Origin: Octopus bimaculoides
Taxonomy: Eukaryota
Direction: 5' to 3'
Length of the DNA: 64,000 nucleotides
NCBI RefSeq assembly: GCF_001194135.2
Contig: NC_068982.1
Location: 152,806,164 to 152,870,163, forward strand
Shown here: positions 12,633 to 25,960 of the stretch, piece by piece
Position numbering within the stretch: the stretch's first letter is position 1
Layout: each line of letters begins with the position of its first letter
Notes under the pieces: model-generated
Told to the model about the DNA's origin: nothing
The model's database searches: none
Seen by the model: only the letters and a program-made list of their open reading frames with translations
Translations under genes and position numbers: made by a program

Positions 12633-12860
12633 AAAGCAACGAGCTGGCAGAGTCGTTAACATGCTGGGTAAAATGGTTAGCAGTATACCATCAATCTTTC
12701 CGTTCTGAGTTCAAATTCCGTCGAGGTCGACTTTGGCTTTTATCACTTCGAGGGGAGATAAAATAAGTACCGGTTGAGGACTGGGGTCGATGTATTTGAC
12801 TTACAATCTTCACCAGAATTCCAGGACTTGTGCTTTCAGTAGAAAGGATTCTTATTATTA
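12633..12860 (+). mobile_element. tRNA-derived SINE (a more degenerate copy precedes it at about 12370-12625)
   Basis: A-box-like TGGCAGAGTCGTTAA, B-box GAGTTCAAATTCC, body gataaaataagtacc...ctggggtcgatgta; many copies in this window. Confidence 0.75.
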
Positions 12861-13829
12861 CAGCGGTAGCGAGCTGGATGCAGAGAGTGCGATTGATGTT
12901 AGCTTCTTTTTAATTGTTTTATATTTATAGTTGTTTGTTGCTAGGCATTGTTCATATGTTTGTATTTATACATTTTTCTTCAGTGTATGTTATAAATTGT
13001 AGTATAATCTTTATTTATCGAGACAAAGTCGGGTTATATCTTTCATGTCGTCATTCTTCTTTATTACGTTAATCAGTTTATATTTCCTCACTTCTAACAA
13101 TTTTTTTTAGTCCAACTGTTGTTATTTTGTAGTAGATGTCGAGATATCTATTTTTATTAGAACCATTCTTCTTGAGTTTGGGATAGTTATATTCTCTCTA
13201 TATCAGGTCTTGCGGTAATTCAGAATGTTATCTATAGTTAACTGATGTTTAATTTCACTTATTTTTAATTGTTTCGAAGCTAGAAAGTTTTGTAACTGGT
13301 GTATTTATGTATATGAATGACTTTTATATTATTTTTAGCATACAGCTTCGTGCTTAATATTGGTTTAACTATTTCTATAGTATTTTTTAAAACTTTGTCC
13401 TTCCTATCTGTTTGTTATATTTAAAAACTTTAAAGTATTCATTATAAATATTTGCGGTTCAGATATAAAAGTTTTATTTCAACGTCTGCATCTAATGTCT
13501 TCATCATTAGTGACTTAGCATCTCTTTTAGTAACTCTAACTCTTGTTGCTCCAATATTCGTTATAAGTGTTTTGAGGCTAATGGAATCAGAGTTAAGCAA
13601 GAGAGTAGATGGAACAATATGCTTGCCTGGAGCTTCTATCTTTTTGTGGGTATAAGCATGTTTAAATTACTAACACCTTACCCTCTTTCTTTATATGGGT
13701 CTATAAAACAAGTATCAGTTGAGCAATGGTATAGAAGTAACCGCACCTAAAATTTCAGGTCTTGCGTCTTTAGTGAAAAGGTTTATTATTGCCACCACCA
13801 CCACCAGCGACAATGCTTTTCTCCGTACC

Positions 13830-14670
13830 ATTGTCACAGCGGCAATGCTCTTCTCAGTACCTGTGACGTACTAGTTAAGATAATCTGTTTCACTTCCTGC
13901 ATGGATAGTAAGCCAGTGATTATTCTTAAATAATTTCCAGTTCCTTTTTTGGTCATACCAAGAGCTCCTACATCACTGGTATTGTAACCGTCTTGAGATG
14001 CCACATCTTTTCGATTTCGATTACCAGATCTTTATATTTCCTGAACTTATCAAATTCTTTTGCGAGATATCATGGTCACAGGGTCACAGGGTATGCTCAT
14101 GTCAATTAATAAACAGTCTTTATTGTCTTGATCTTTCATAACAATATTTGGTTTATTTGCTTTAATGGTCCGATCTGTACATACTAGAAAGTCCCAAGGA
14201 ATTCTTACATTTCCCAAGGAATTGTTACATTTTCTCCTCAATTACAGCCTCAGGGTGTTGCTTGCACCATTTGTCAGCAGTTTTGATTTCCTAATGCTGA
14301 TACATTATCCAATGTATATATTGGCCAACACTGTCATGTCTCGATTTGTACTCTACATGTGCTAAAACCTTACACCCAGAGATAGATTAAGTGGCCCACT
14401 GTTTCAATCTCATCGTTGCAGTATCGGCACTTTCGGTCTACACCATTGGTTTGATAGTTCCGTGTCAAAAACCTCTGGTCTTGAGCAGTCAAATAAAGAC
14501 TTCACTCTCTGCCTTTAGTCCACAGATCCGCAGCCACTGATGGGTATGCTTCTGGTCTACATCAGTTTGTTTGCTACGAGCCTCATATTTGCCATGCAGA
14601 GGTTTTTGTTCCCACCTATTAGCCAATTCTTCAAACGCATTATGTTTTGCTACTGATTTCACCTCTTTAG
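13830..14670 (-). mobile_element. R4/Dong-type non-LTR retrotransposon 3' fragment (Zn-knuckle region and REL endonuclease)
   Basis: Minus strand reads WEQKPLHGKY...HQWLRICGLKAESE, YKSRHDSVGQYIHW, PWDFLVCTDRTIKANKPNIVMKDQDNKDCLLIDMSIPCD and SMQEVKQIILTSTSQVLRRAL. Confidence 0.8.
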
Positions 14671-14671
14671 A

Positions 14672-14741
<70 letters not shown>

Positions 14742-14752
14742 TTATTATTATC
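14672..14752. repeat. (TTA)n microsatellite abutting the truncated 5' end of the R4/Dong-like fragment
   Basis: Directly visible. Confidence 0.95.
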
Positions 14753-14882
14753 ATGATAATGAGGAGGAGGAGGGTATCCTCATCATCGTCATCATTATTT
14801 ATATGGATGCCATTATATTTTTAAGGATTTAATTAAAAGTGAAAGAATTTCTTGGAAAACATTTTCATGCCAATTGTGCCAG

Positions 14883-14991
14883 CTGTCAGTCAAAATGGAA
14901 TTCATTCAATGCTAAAAAGTTTTTAATGGAAAACGAAGAAGCAGTGATGCAGAAAACAATGCAATCTAATTGTTGGTTTCGAAGAATACAA
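14883..14991 (+). CDS. Candidate exon (phase 2 to 0): CQSKWNSFNAKKFLMENEEAVMQKTMQSNCWFRRIQ
   Basis: tgtgccAG acceptor (weak pyrimidine tract), open frame, AA|GTGAAT donor; phase-compatible with the TM exon and would form a juxtamembrane segment. Confidence 0.33.
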
Positions 14992-15949
14992 GTGAATTGA
15001 AGAGTAAATAGTAAATGTCTAATGTTTAGAAATTTAAAGCTAAACAGAGTAGTATTAAGCAAAGAAATACAGTATGTAATATAATAGAAAGTGATATATA
15101 TTAGACTTGTGCGAGGACATTTACTGAGACTATGATATCTTCTCTGAGACATAATTAAATAATTCTTAACTCCTCTGACACTGAGAATGGTCGTAGCGTT
15201 ACTTGGTTGTACTTGTTTGCATTACTAAGAATGGAGAGCGTTTGGTGTCGTTAGCGCTCTGATGCTACATACATGGTGGATTTTCATCCTTGTGAAAGGT
15301 TGTTGTAGTTGGTCCTATTTATATCGTCTTTATACATTCATATATGTGTCTCTCTTATATTTATGTCAACAAGTTAATACGTGTGAATATAATTTAGTAC
15401 ATCCGTGGTCCTATCACTCGTTAATTTTATAACTATGTCTATAGATTCTCAAGCATATTTTAAACCTTCATTGTACCACGTTGGTGCAATGAATGAATGA
15501 CATGGCTAAAAGAAAAATAAATAATAATATTGATGCTGCTGCTGATAATGAGTATTATAATTATTAATATTATTATCAGCATCATCATCATCGTCGTCGT
15601 CGTTGTTGTTATTGCTGTTGATGATTGAGTGAGCAGCACATGCCTTCAAGGTGACACTGGGGTGCAAATATCTCAAGCCCAATAAACACGACTGATTAGA
15701 GCACAACAAGTATATCCTTCGTAATCATATGCGTGCGACATGGTAATCTCATATCATGATAAACGGTGGATGAGTTTGCAGGTGGGGCCTATTTAGAATT
15801 TCCTTCAGGTTGAGTAGTCCATCCTGCTGACCTTGAATAAAGGCTGTATAAGAATGACGAACGAAACATCCATTTCCTACGGGTAAATTATTCAGGCCTC
15901 TCAACTCAAGGCAGTGATGTTCCCACACTACTCCTGCTACATATATATA

Positions 15950-15980
<31 letters not shown>

Positions 15981-16039
15981 GTCTACACCACCTGTCTTCG
16001 TCTTTTGTTTTTTTGCGAATTCTCCCCCTATATATATAT

Positions 16040-16260
16040 GGGGGTGGTGGTATGTGTTTGTGCTTGGTGTGCCCCCTCACCGCTTCACAACAGGCGCTGG
16101 TTTCTTTACATCTTCATAACAGTAGCAGTTGGGCGAAAGGAACGGATAGAAAACTTAAAAAGTAAGTGCTGGAGTCGAATCGTTCGACTGAAATTCTTGA
16201 AGGCATTTCCCAGCATGGCTGAGGTTTAATGAGTCAAACAAGTAAAAGATAAAAGATAGA
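16040..16260 (+). mobile_element. SINE 3' part
   Basis: gtgccccctcaccgcttcacaac...ccagcatggc...caagtaaaagataaaaga; the same family occurs reversed at 39545-39905. Confidence 0.65.
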
Positions 16261-17150
16261 GATATTACGTATTTTGAGCCAAGGTTTAAAATATGTAAAA
16301 TCTTTATAAATTTTATCTCTTACTTGTTAAAGACATGCGGTCAGAGAGAGGTTTACTTACCCCCAAAGACGTGTGCACAAACATTCAAATCTTGATGAAT
16401 CCCTATAGATATTCATAATGAGAAAGCTATTCTAGAGCTGTAACCCCCAGGAGGAATAGAGAGATGTTGAACAAACGACCCAGTTGATACCTGCCTAGTG
16501 GTATTTCCAAAATGAAGGAATGCAAAAGGAAAAAGAGTACGGTGGAGATAGTGACTCTATGAAATAATGACATTATAGTATTTTTTCCCTAAGTAGAGAA
16601 ACGACGGAAGGTGAAATTATGAATTATAATGTTTTCTTATTGTTAACTTGATTAGCTACTTACGCAACGCTATACGGTATACATATGTAATCATCCTCCT
16701 AACCACATTTTATTATTTTGATCACGTCTAGTAACATCGCAATCATAGATAAATGCACGAGGACACCAATGCTGCTCATTTTAGCTATTTAACGATCAGT
16801 TTGCAATTCATGAAAAAGTCAGCTGTGGGTGAAATTACTAGTGTTAACTAAAATGTTTAATATAACACACTCTAATTATAGAAAATATAAATGGTCTCTG
16901 AACATAATCACGTGTTTCACATAATAGAACTGCAATGATTTAATTATTTTTCTTTAAAGATGGATTCTAATCTTATTCTGAATGGAAGAATAGAAGGTGT
17001 GACGGTGAGGAATAAATTTTGAATAGTTTTCTAGATGATAGGTTAACTCCTTACAAATTGTTGCTATTAATACGCTAAGATTCTAACGGGAAATGTAACT
17101 ACTTAAACTTTTCTAATGATTAATATTATTATTATTATTATTATTGTAGC

Positions 17151-17260
17151 TCTTCTTCTTCTTCTTCTTCTTCTTCTTCTTCTTCTTCTTCTTCTTCTTC
17201 TTCTTCTTCTTCTTCTTCTTCTTCTTCTTCTTCTTCTTCTTCTTCTTCTTCTTCTTCTTC
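17151..17260. repeat. (CTT)n microsatellite
   Basis: Directly visible. Confidence 0.95.
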
Positions 17261-17271
17261 CTATCATTAAA

Positions 17272-17745
17272 GCGGAGCTGGCAAAATCATTAGCACGTCG
17301 AGAAAAATGCTTAGCGGAATTTTGACCGTCTTAATTTTCTGAGTCCAAATTCCGACTTTGCCTTTCGTCCTTTCGTGGTCGATAAAATATGTACTAGTTG
17401 AGTACGGGGTCGATAAAATCGACTTAACACCTCCCGTATAACTGCAGGCCTTGTGCTAAAATATGAATGAATCATTATTATCATCTTGTTAAGGCGGCGA
17501 ACTTCAGATTGGTTACCGCGCCGGAAATATGCTTAGCGGCATTTCGTCCGTCCCTACGTTCTAGTTTAAATTCAGCCGGCTCTTTTAAGTCTTCAAATAA
17601 AATGCCGCCGGTATCAACTTGGCTTTTAGTTTTCTGGTGTCGATAAAATAATGTACCAGTCAAATATTAAGTCAATGTAGCCCACCAATCCCATCCCCTT
17701 AAAATTACAAGTCGTCTCCCAAAATCTATATCAATTATTATTATT
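17272..17745 (+). mobile_element. Two tandem tRNA-derived SINE copies (about 17272-17480 and 17493-17745)
   Basis: Each has an aaatgcttagcgg head and a gtcgataaaat body, same family as 12633-12860. Confidence 0.7.
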
Positions 17746-20280
17746 ATTTGATGAGAATTCCCAGTTTATTTTGCTGGGTGCGATGGAAAGTGTCAATTTT
17801 CCACAGTCAGCAGACGAAGGTGACACTTGTTCACTGATCATACTTTATGAACCCTGCGAAGAATTCTTGCAGTTACAAGCAATGCTGATTTTTTGTAGGT
17901 TTTCTCTTCTCATTGATCAAAACCTTTGCGTTTCCTACTTCAAATGGTCGTAGTTGTTCAGTTTTTCTTCTTTTTTTATCCTGTTGGCGTGGGGACATGG
18001 TATGGCGATTATCATGCAAGTCTTTCTTTTTTATTCACTACAACAATGTCCGGTTTCCGATGTGTTGTCAGGTGATCACACTGAAGTTTTTATTCTCGGC
18101 TGTCCAGTTCTGCCTCCGTTTTTATAAATAGCATCAATATCAGTGAAGAATATCAGTGGAGACACAATGTCACCTTGGAATTTTCCTCTCTTGATTTTCA
18201 ACTTTCCTAGTACTTGCTTCCCTGCTGTCAATTGCATTCTCCAGCATTTCATGCTAAGGTTTCTCATATTATCTGCTGTTGTGCTCATCCAATAATTTTG
18301 AACTCCATCCGGTCCTGGGTTCTTCCAATTAGGCAACTTTCTTAAATGCTTTTTTTATCTTTATGTCTTCTTGGACTTCTATATTTCTTAATCTATCTTA
18401 GATTTCATGCAGCCGCTCTCCAGAATGCCTTGCTTTCCTCTGCATCTGGTATCATTGTTACGTGCATTTGCCCATCTAGTTCCTGAAACAGTTTCTTCTG
18501 ATTTGCTTCAACAATCTGTTTTACCTGAACTGTCTTTTTCTATTGTCATATATTTCCAGTTTTGCTTTGATAGCCACTACTCTTTGTTTCAATTCTTCCA
18601 ATATCATATCATAACCTTTATGTCTTTTTCTATATGATCTTTTCAGCATTATTCTTATGCTGTCGTTCTGAAATTTCCCTCTTCTCAATCTATAAACTTG
18701 TCCTAATTGTCTTTTTAATTTACTTTGTTTCTCACAAATTCGTCTACACCAGTATGGTTCCTTACGTTCTATTTGTTCTCTTCTTTTGTATCCAACTCTA
18801 TCTGCAGCAACCATAGCTGCAGCCCAAATAATCTTGTTAGCTTCAGTTATATTTCTCGTCTGGAATAGCGCAAGAACCGACTCTATCTCTTCGGTTTCAA
18901 CCTTGAGCTTGCGTCGATCAATGTACCTCAGGTTGAGGGTGGTAGTGCTTGATCCTGTCCTCACTATGTCTTGTTGGTCATCATCGTATTCTTGTGATAA
19001 AGCACTTCATATTACTTCTGCTTCATTCACAGAGAATGCATTAAGATTTACATTTTGCTCTACGTCTGCACTGCCACCTTTCATTTTTCTGTTCTCATTG
19101 AGCATGTTATCTATTGGTGAAGTATTATTTCTATCTTCTATTTTCCTTTTTATCTCTTCTATTTCCATATTTGTTAACCACCCTTTTGCTCTTTTTGTTT
19201 TTGCCTGCTCGGCTAATCGTTGCTCACTTGTTTCGATGTGTCCTATCTCATTCCATTTTGCTTTTATTCGTTGTCGGAATTCCCTTCTGCTGGGTTCACT
19301 CCTGATTTAGCATTCAATTACTGTTCGGTTTACCTCTTTATCCCACCTTCTTCTCTGTCTCTGGCTTTGTGTACGATCAGTCTCTGGATGATGACCGGAC
19401 CTGCGCTGCTCAACCATTAACAACATTTTTTGATACAGTTGTATTAGACATTTTCACTCAACATTGAGGTATGTGTTTTAAGGTTAGCCATCAACCGGTA
19501 TTTTTATCGAGACACCATCTCTAGTAAGATTGTCAACCAAGACTCNNNNNNNNNNNNNNNNNNNNNNNNNNNNNNNNNNNNNNNNNNNNNNNNNNNNNNN
19601 NNNNNNNNNNNNNNNNNNNNNNNNNNNNNNNNNNNNNNNNNNNNNNNNNNNNNNNNNNNNNNNNNNNNNNNNNNNNNNNNNNNNNNNNNNNNNNNNNNNG
19701 TTGTATTAGACATTTTCACTCAACATTGAGGTATGTGTTTTAAGGTTAGCCATCAACCGGTATTTTTATCGAGACACCATCTCTAGTAAGATTGTCAACC
19801 AAGACTCCAGAGCTCTACTCCCCATAAGTTGGGCCTATTCCCTTCGTATTCCCGTGTGTTGAGGACCATGATCTTGATTCTCACTAGGAGACAAGTGAGT
19901 GTCAGTTGGTCCTGTATATTCAACCAAATATTGCTTCAGAGTTAAGACCCTATTCGCGGTTCATTCACCTTCATTCCAGGCGTGGAGCCGTTGAACGCTT
20001 ACAGGTTGTCCCCACTGTGACTAAGGAGTCATATCTTTCCCAGTTTTTAAATCAGAGTGTTCCTTCTCTTAGACAGATTGTCAACCAAAGTTCACGAGTT
20101 CCGTCTACACGTTTTCGGAATGGCCATTATACTTTTAAGTTACTCTGCCTTTTGCTGGGTTTTGTTTTTAATCCCGCAAGTTGCCGAAAATCCACCCTTC
20201 TCATCAAGCAAGCTTCGTGGGGTTCCCTGTTTAGTCCCAGAGGACTCAACAGTTTCATAACACCACTTGTTAATCATTCT
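17745..20280 (-). mobile_element. Internally deleted R4/Dong-type LINE (5' region, N-terminal ORF, RT fragment, 3' end)
   Basis: Minus-strand ORFs: TRNITEANKIIWAAAMVAADRVGYK...KEPYWCRRI (18521-18964), PNWKNPGPDGVQNYW and IKRGKFQGDIVSPLIFF (18076-18336), KKSALLVTARILRRV near 17870; (TTA)n at the left end. The 5' boundary is approximate. Confidence 0.8.
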
Positions 20281-20289
20281 GGGTAATTA

Positions 20290-20745
<456 letters not shown>

Positions 20746-20759
20746 TAGCTACTATCAGC

Positions 20760-20945
20760 ACTCTAGCTTAATATTTGTTCTATCTCTTCGTAGTGAGTTC
20801 AAATCTCGTCGATACCAACGTTACTTTTCATCCTTTCGAGGCTGATAAAATAAAATCTCAACCAAATATCATGGTCGACTTTATCGACTTAGACCCTTCC
20901 TCAAAAATTGCTGACCTTGTACCAGAAACCGTGACAATTGTTATT
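20760..20945 (+). mobile_element. Degenerate tRNA-derived SINE
   Basis: B-box GAGTTCAAATCTC and tttcatcctttcg...gataaaataaa body. Confidence 0.6.
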
Positions 20946-21399
20946 TAATACAAACGCGTCAATGGAGGTTTAAAAAGAGACAAAAATAAAACTATACAAC
21001 ATAACGTATGTGCATATATATGAAAAAGAAAGTAGTAAATGAAAATTTAATGAACACTTAATAGAAAAAGAAACTATTTGAAACATCTTAACAAATATTG
21101 TGCTCACTAACGGAAACAAAAATAACAACACTTGCAAAATGATAGATGGTAGTTAATGCGTTGATCAAAGGTGGTAAAGAAACCAAAAATCAAGTTTTGT
21201 CTCTCAGATTAAAAAACAGTGAAATCAAAAAGTATTCACAGGAAAAAAGAATCAATTCGAAGAACTGTGTAAAAGGAGACGCTGGCACTTTATCCTAAGA
21301 ACTGATACGTAAGAGAGAGAGAGAGAGATGGGTGGAAGAGAGGGGATCGGGTCGAAAAGAACAAATATCATATATGTGCTTTAACAACTGCTGTGAACA

Positions 21400-22100
21400 G
21401 TTTACATCTAAACTGCAGGTGATATTATCTTGTTAGCGATTTGGGTGAGAGATACAAGCGAGAATAAATAGAAAGTTAACAAATCCCCTTTGACCGTAAA
21501 CACCGACAGTAAACTAGGTGTAGTATAATAATTCAACGGACAGGAGTCCAAAACCTGCGCGGTAGCTATCATTCCCGAGAGGGTGGTGTCCCCAAGTTCG
21601 CCAAAAGAAATATGTTTGCATTTGCTTAAACTTTCGGATCTGTAATTAAGGAGCTCAGTGAAATTCATAGATCCAAAAGTACGTGCAATCTTTCAGCTAC
21701 GCAAAAGATGCATTTTTAGATCCATTTACGATTCTCCAGTTGATTGTATATGTAATCCAGTTGTCTTCGAATCCCATACGTGGCTAACCAAGTTGACAAC
21801 GCATAGAAAAGAACAATGATAGTTTGCATAAGGTCTTTTGAAATCACGTTCGCATAAACTGATGTAATTTTTCTTTTCAGTCAAGATATCTTGAAGTATT
21901 GCAGTGACTTCAGCATTATAGACTTTCCATAAACATCAGAGTAAGTTAGCAGGCTTCAGTGTTTCGACACTAACAGCAAGGAATAGGATCTTGGGGATCT
22001 GACAATGATAGGTTTCTTCATATTGGGGCAGTAGTTGTATGATATTGTAATCGAGCGTCTATTAAAAATCGTTTATAGTTTACTGGGGAATGCTTATCTA
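21400..22100 (-). mobile_element. Penelope-like GIY-YIG endonuclease fragment, decayed
   Basis: Minus strand reads KVYNAEV...KNYISLCERDFKRPYANYHCSF...SHVWD, CIFCVAERLHV and LLNYRSESLSKCKH (compare LNKRSELISKCRH). Confidence 0.75.
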
Positions 22101-22194
22101 AACGAGAAAGGTATTTCTTCCTTCAATTAGTTTTAACTTTTGGGGAGAAAGAAGGGACAAACCGTACACTTTTCGTGAGTCTAATTTTAGGACT

Positions 22195-22306
22195 ATAGCC
22201 CGAGGCTATAGTAGAAGACACTTGCCCAAGGTGCCATGCAGTGGGACTGAACCCGGGACCACGTAGTCGGTAAGCAAGCTACTTAACACACAGCCACTCC
22301 TGTGCC
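22195..22306 (-). mobile_element. SINE tRNA-like head (second family)
   Basis: Reverse complement has A-box TGGCTGTGTGTTAAG and B-box GGTTCAGTCCC, then catggcaccttgggcaagtgtcttctactatagcc. Confidence 0.75.
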
Positions 22307-22336
22307 TAGCTACTGACAACATTGCCACTCTTGCAC

Positions 22337-22570
22337 CTATATATAACCCTGAAATCCGGATACGTTCGTGCTGCTGGTCGAGGTGAGAGGGATAACTCCC
22401 TTGGCAAACAGGACACAGTCGTGTGTCGATAAGCCAGCTGGAGGAGATGTCCTCCTGGGGCTAAAAGCAACAGTAACATCCACCCCTAGGGGTCAGCCAC
22501 ACTTAAGTGGCAATATACTACACTTTATCGTGCAGTTACTGTTAATACTTCATTTAGAGAATTAACATTG

Positions 22571-22615
<45 letters not shown>

Positions 22616-23102
22616 NNNNNNNNNNNNNNNNNNNNNNNNNNNNNNNNNNNNNNNNNNNNNNNNNNNNNNNNNNNNNNNNNNNNNNNNNNNNNNNNNNNNN
22701 NNNNNNNNNNNNNNNNNNNNNNNNNNNNNNNNNNNNNNNNNNNNNNNNNNNNNNNNNNNNNNNNNNNNNNNNNNNNNNNNNNNNNNNNNNNNNNNNNNNN
22801 NNNNNNNNNNNNNNNNNNNNNNNNNNNNNNNNNNNNNNNNNNNNNNNNNNNNNNNNNNNNNNNNNNNNCTATATATAACCCTGAAATCCGGATACGTTCG
22901 TGCTGCTGGTCGAGGTGAGAGGGATAACTCCCTTGGCAAACAGGACACAGTCGTGTGTCGATAAGCCAGCTGGAGGAGATGTCCTCCTGGGGCTAAAAGC
23001 AACAGTAACATCCACCCCTAGGGGTCAGCCACACTTAAGTGGCAATATACTACACTTTATCGTGCAGTTACTGTTAATACTTCATTTAGAGAATTAACAT
23101 TG

Positions 23103-23104
<2 letters not shown>
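22337..23104. repeat. 236-bp unit duplicated identically on both sides of an N gap (22337-22572 and 22869-23104)
   Basis: Identical copies flanking a gap; probably an unmerged contig overlap. Confidence 0.85.
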
Positions 23105-23149
<45 letters not shown>

Positions 23150-24019
23150 GTTATATACTATATATATATATTATATATACATGCATATATATATGTGTGT
23201 TTGTGTGTATGTGTCTCTGTGAGCGAGTGTGTGCGTGCACGCGCGTACATATATATATATATATATATATATACAGTCTTTATACAGAAGCTGCTCTTTA
23301 TATTTAGCTGCTCTGCAGATCTGAATATATTCTTAAATTAACACTTGAATAAAGGTGTCAGAATCATTAATTTGTGTGAAACAAATATAAGTTGCGATTG
23401 AAATGATTAACTGCGAATATGCATTAAAATCTTTCATACATATAATGATGCATGACACCGGTCTAAAGAAGCCTATATATCTAGAACAAACAATATTTTC
23501 GTTACGTGGAAATAAAGAAAAAATGATTATTAATCAGTCCCGTATTCTTCCTTGTCTTTTGATTCATTTATTTCATTTCGTAATATATTTTGTCTAGGTG
23601 ACTATATTTACAATGAATACTTCACTTCAGATGTATTTTATCCTTTGTTATCTCTTTAAAGATATTTTATCTGGTTTTACATATACTTCCTTATGACGTT
23701 ATCTCTTAAGAGAGTCGTTCACCCACGAGCGCCATATCTATTAGGAAAATATTGTATTATTCAGCTTAGCATTTTAAACTCCAACTCCGTATGCGCAAAG
23801 CCTACGCAATAGTTTTGAAACAAGGAAGTGCTGAAATTAATGTTTACCAATGTTCTCAGGCTATGTCAGCATTAGTTTTAGGGTTTGGCATAGTGCTGCG
23901 TAAATGAGAAGCTCAAATAGTCTTGAACGCTTGATAAGGAGGAAGTTGGGAAATTCATTGTGCCGAATGCTTTTACTACGTAGAGAGGAAAAGGTTTTTA
24001 AAGATTAAACTTTGAACGT

Positions 24020-24081
<62 letters not shown>

Positions 24082-25380
24082 CATCGTCATTAATCCTGAC
24101 TAAGGGTGCCGAATTGCAAGAATTAATGGTTAAAATTTCTTGATATTATATGGAGCGCACAATATATATACACTGATTGGGAGATAACCGCCTCATAAGC
24201 AACTCAAGGATCACTAGACTAGACTAGATTCGCCTATAAATCGTAGGCTCGTGAGCAGTGACACTCACTCGCCCTCTGGTTTGGCTAAAGCGGCCTGTCT
24301 GTATATATATTTACCGTATAAATTTATTTAGCCAAACCAGAAAAAGATATTTTATATGACTCATGCACACATATACATAGACTGACACATATACATATCC
24401 GCATACACATGCGCAAGCAGACACACATACACACGCGCGAATAGACACACTCATATAAATATATGTATGTTTATGTGCGTGCGCGAGCGTTTGTATATAT
24501 AAAACACATACGCATATACAGATGCATAGATATATGTTTTAGTAGGCACAGACGGGTTTTGAACTGTCTCATATGTGATGGAACTTATAAGCTTATAGTT
24601 ATGAAGATGAAGCATTTTTTATAAATAGAAGACAATATAAGGAGAAGATTGAGGGAGGAACAGCTATAGCACAAATGTCAGGATTCTTTGGCAGGAAACG
24701 TTACGCGGAGCATATAGTTGAATATTATGAAGTTGCATAATATTTTTAGAGTGTGGAGAACAAAAACATAATTTTTGAGTGAATAAATTTCAAAATAAAT
24801 ATAGCCGCCATTATATAGTTGCTTCATAACTGATTGAAAAATTAAATGGAACGTTTTTAAAGGGTGTTGATTGGTTCTTAGAAGATTGAAAATCGTTAAT
24901 TATTAGTGAGTCTGGGATTTGAAACTAAATTTTGTTAGGTTAAATCATTCATGAAAATTCATAATTCAGAGCAACTTAGCTGGAGTGAAACCAAATTACA
25001 CATACACAAACATACACACACACACAAACACATACACAAACACACACACACACACACACACACAATCCACACACACAAGCACGCACTCACACACACACGC
25101 ATATACACTTCGCTCACACTCATTCACAAACACACTCACCCACATACGCACACAACATCAGCTTATTCGTTGGCACAAATACAATTTAAAAGACTCAAGT
25201 CTGTTATAGCTAAGTAAATAAGAGATATTTTAACATCCAAAACTGCACATACACTGTTTGTTTTACTTTTCACCAGATACAATGTACCATAATAAGTAAA
25301 ACGGACGATATATTTATGCCCTTTCACATTAATATATATATTTGTACAGCTACTAGTGCGCACTCGTACATACAAACACA

Positions 25381-25446
<66 letters not shown>

Positions 25447-25822
25447 NNNNNNNNNNNNNNNNNNNNNNNNNNNNNNNNNNNNNNNNNNNNNNNNNNNNNN
25501 NNNNNNNNNNNNNNNNNNNNNNNNNNNNNNNNNNNNNNNNNNNNNNNNNNNNNNNNNNNNNNNNNNNNNNNNNNNNNNNNNNNNNNNNNNNNNNNNNNNN
25601 NNNNNNNNNNNNNNNNNNNNNNNNNNNNNNNNNNNNNNNNNNNNNNNNNNNNNNNNNNNNNNNNNNNNNNNNNNNNNNNNNNNNNNNNNNNNNNNNNNNN
25701 NNNNNNNNNNNNNNNNNNNNNNNNNNNNNNNNNNNNNNNNNNNNNNNNNNNNNNNNNNNNNNNNNNNNNNNNNNNNNNNNNNNNNNNNNNNNNNNNNNNN
25801 NNNNNNNNNNNNNNNNNNNNNN

Positions 25823-25861
<39 letters not shown>

Positions 25862-25876
25862 ATATATGCACAGATA

Positions 25877-25960
<84 letters not shown>

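Noticed and set aside
12900-13690. Strand-skewed segments resembling old LINE ORFs (also about 30240-31000 and 52380-53200)
   Set aside because: No diagnostic motif could be read, so they are left unclassified.
19438-19807. 108-bp direct repeat flanking an N gap (19438-19545 and 19700-19807)
   Set aside because: Identical copies abutting a gap are the typical scaffolding-overlap artefact; the same applies to the duplication at 22337 and 22869.
19860-20040. HDV-like ribozyme in the LINE 5' region (GGCTCCACGCC...GAATGAAC on the minus strand)
   Set aside because: P1 cannot be formed and the L3/P3 geometry does not fit.
24235-24270. TATAAA plus Inr-like TCACTC at promoter spacing
   Set aside because: The TATA lies in the loop of the Helitron-like terminal hairpin, and such matches are common in AT-rich DNA.
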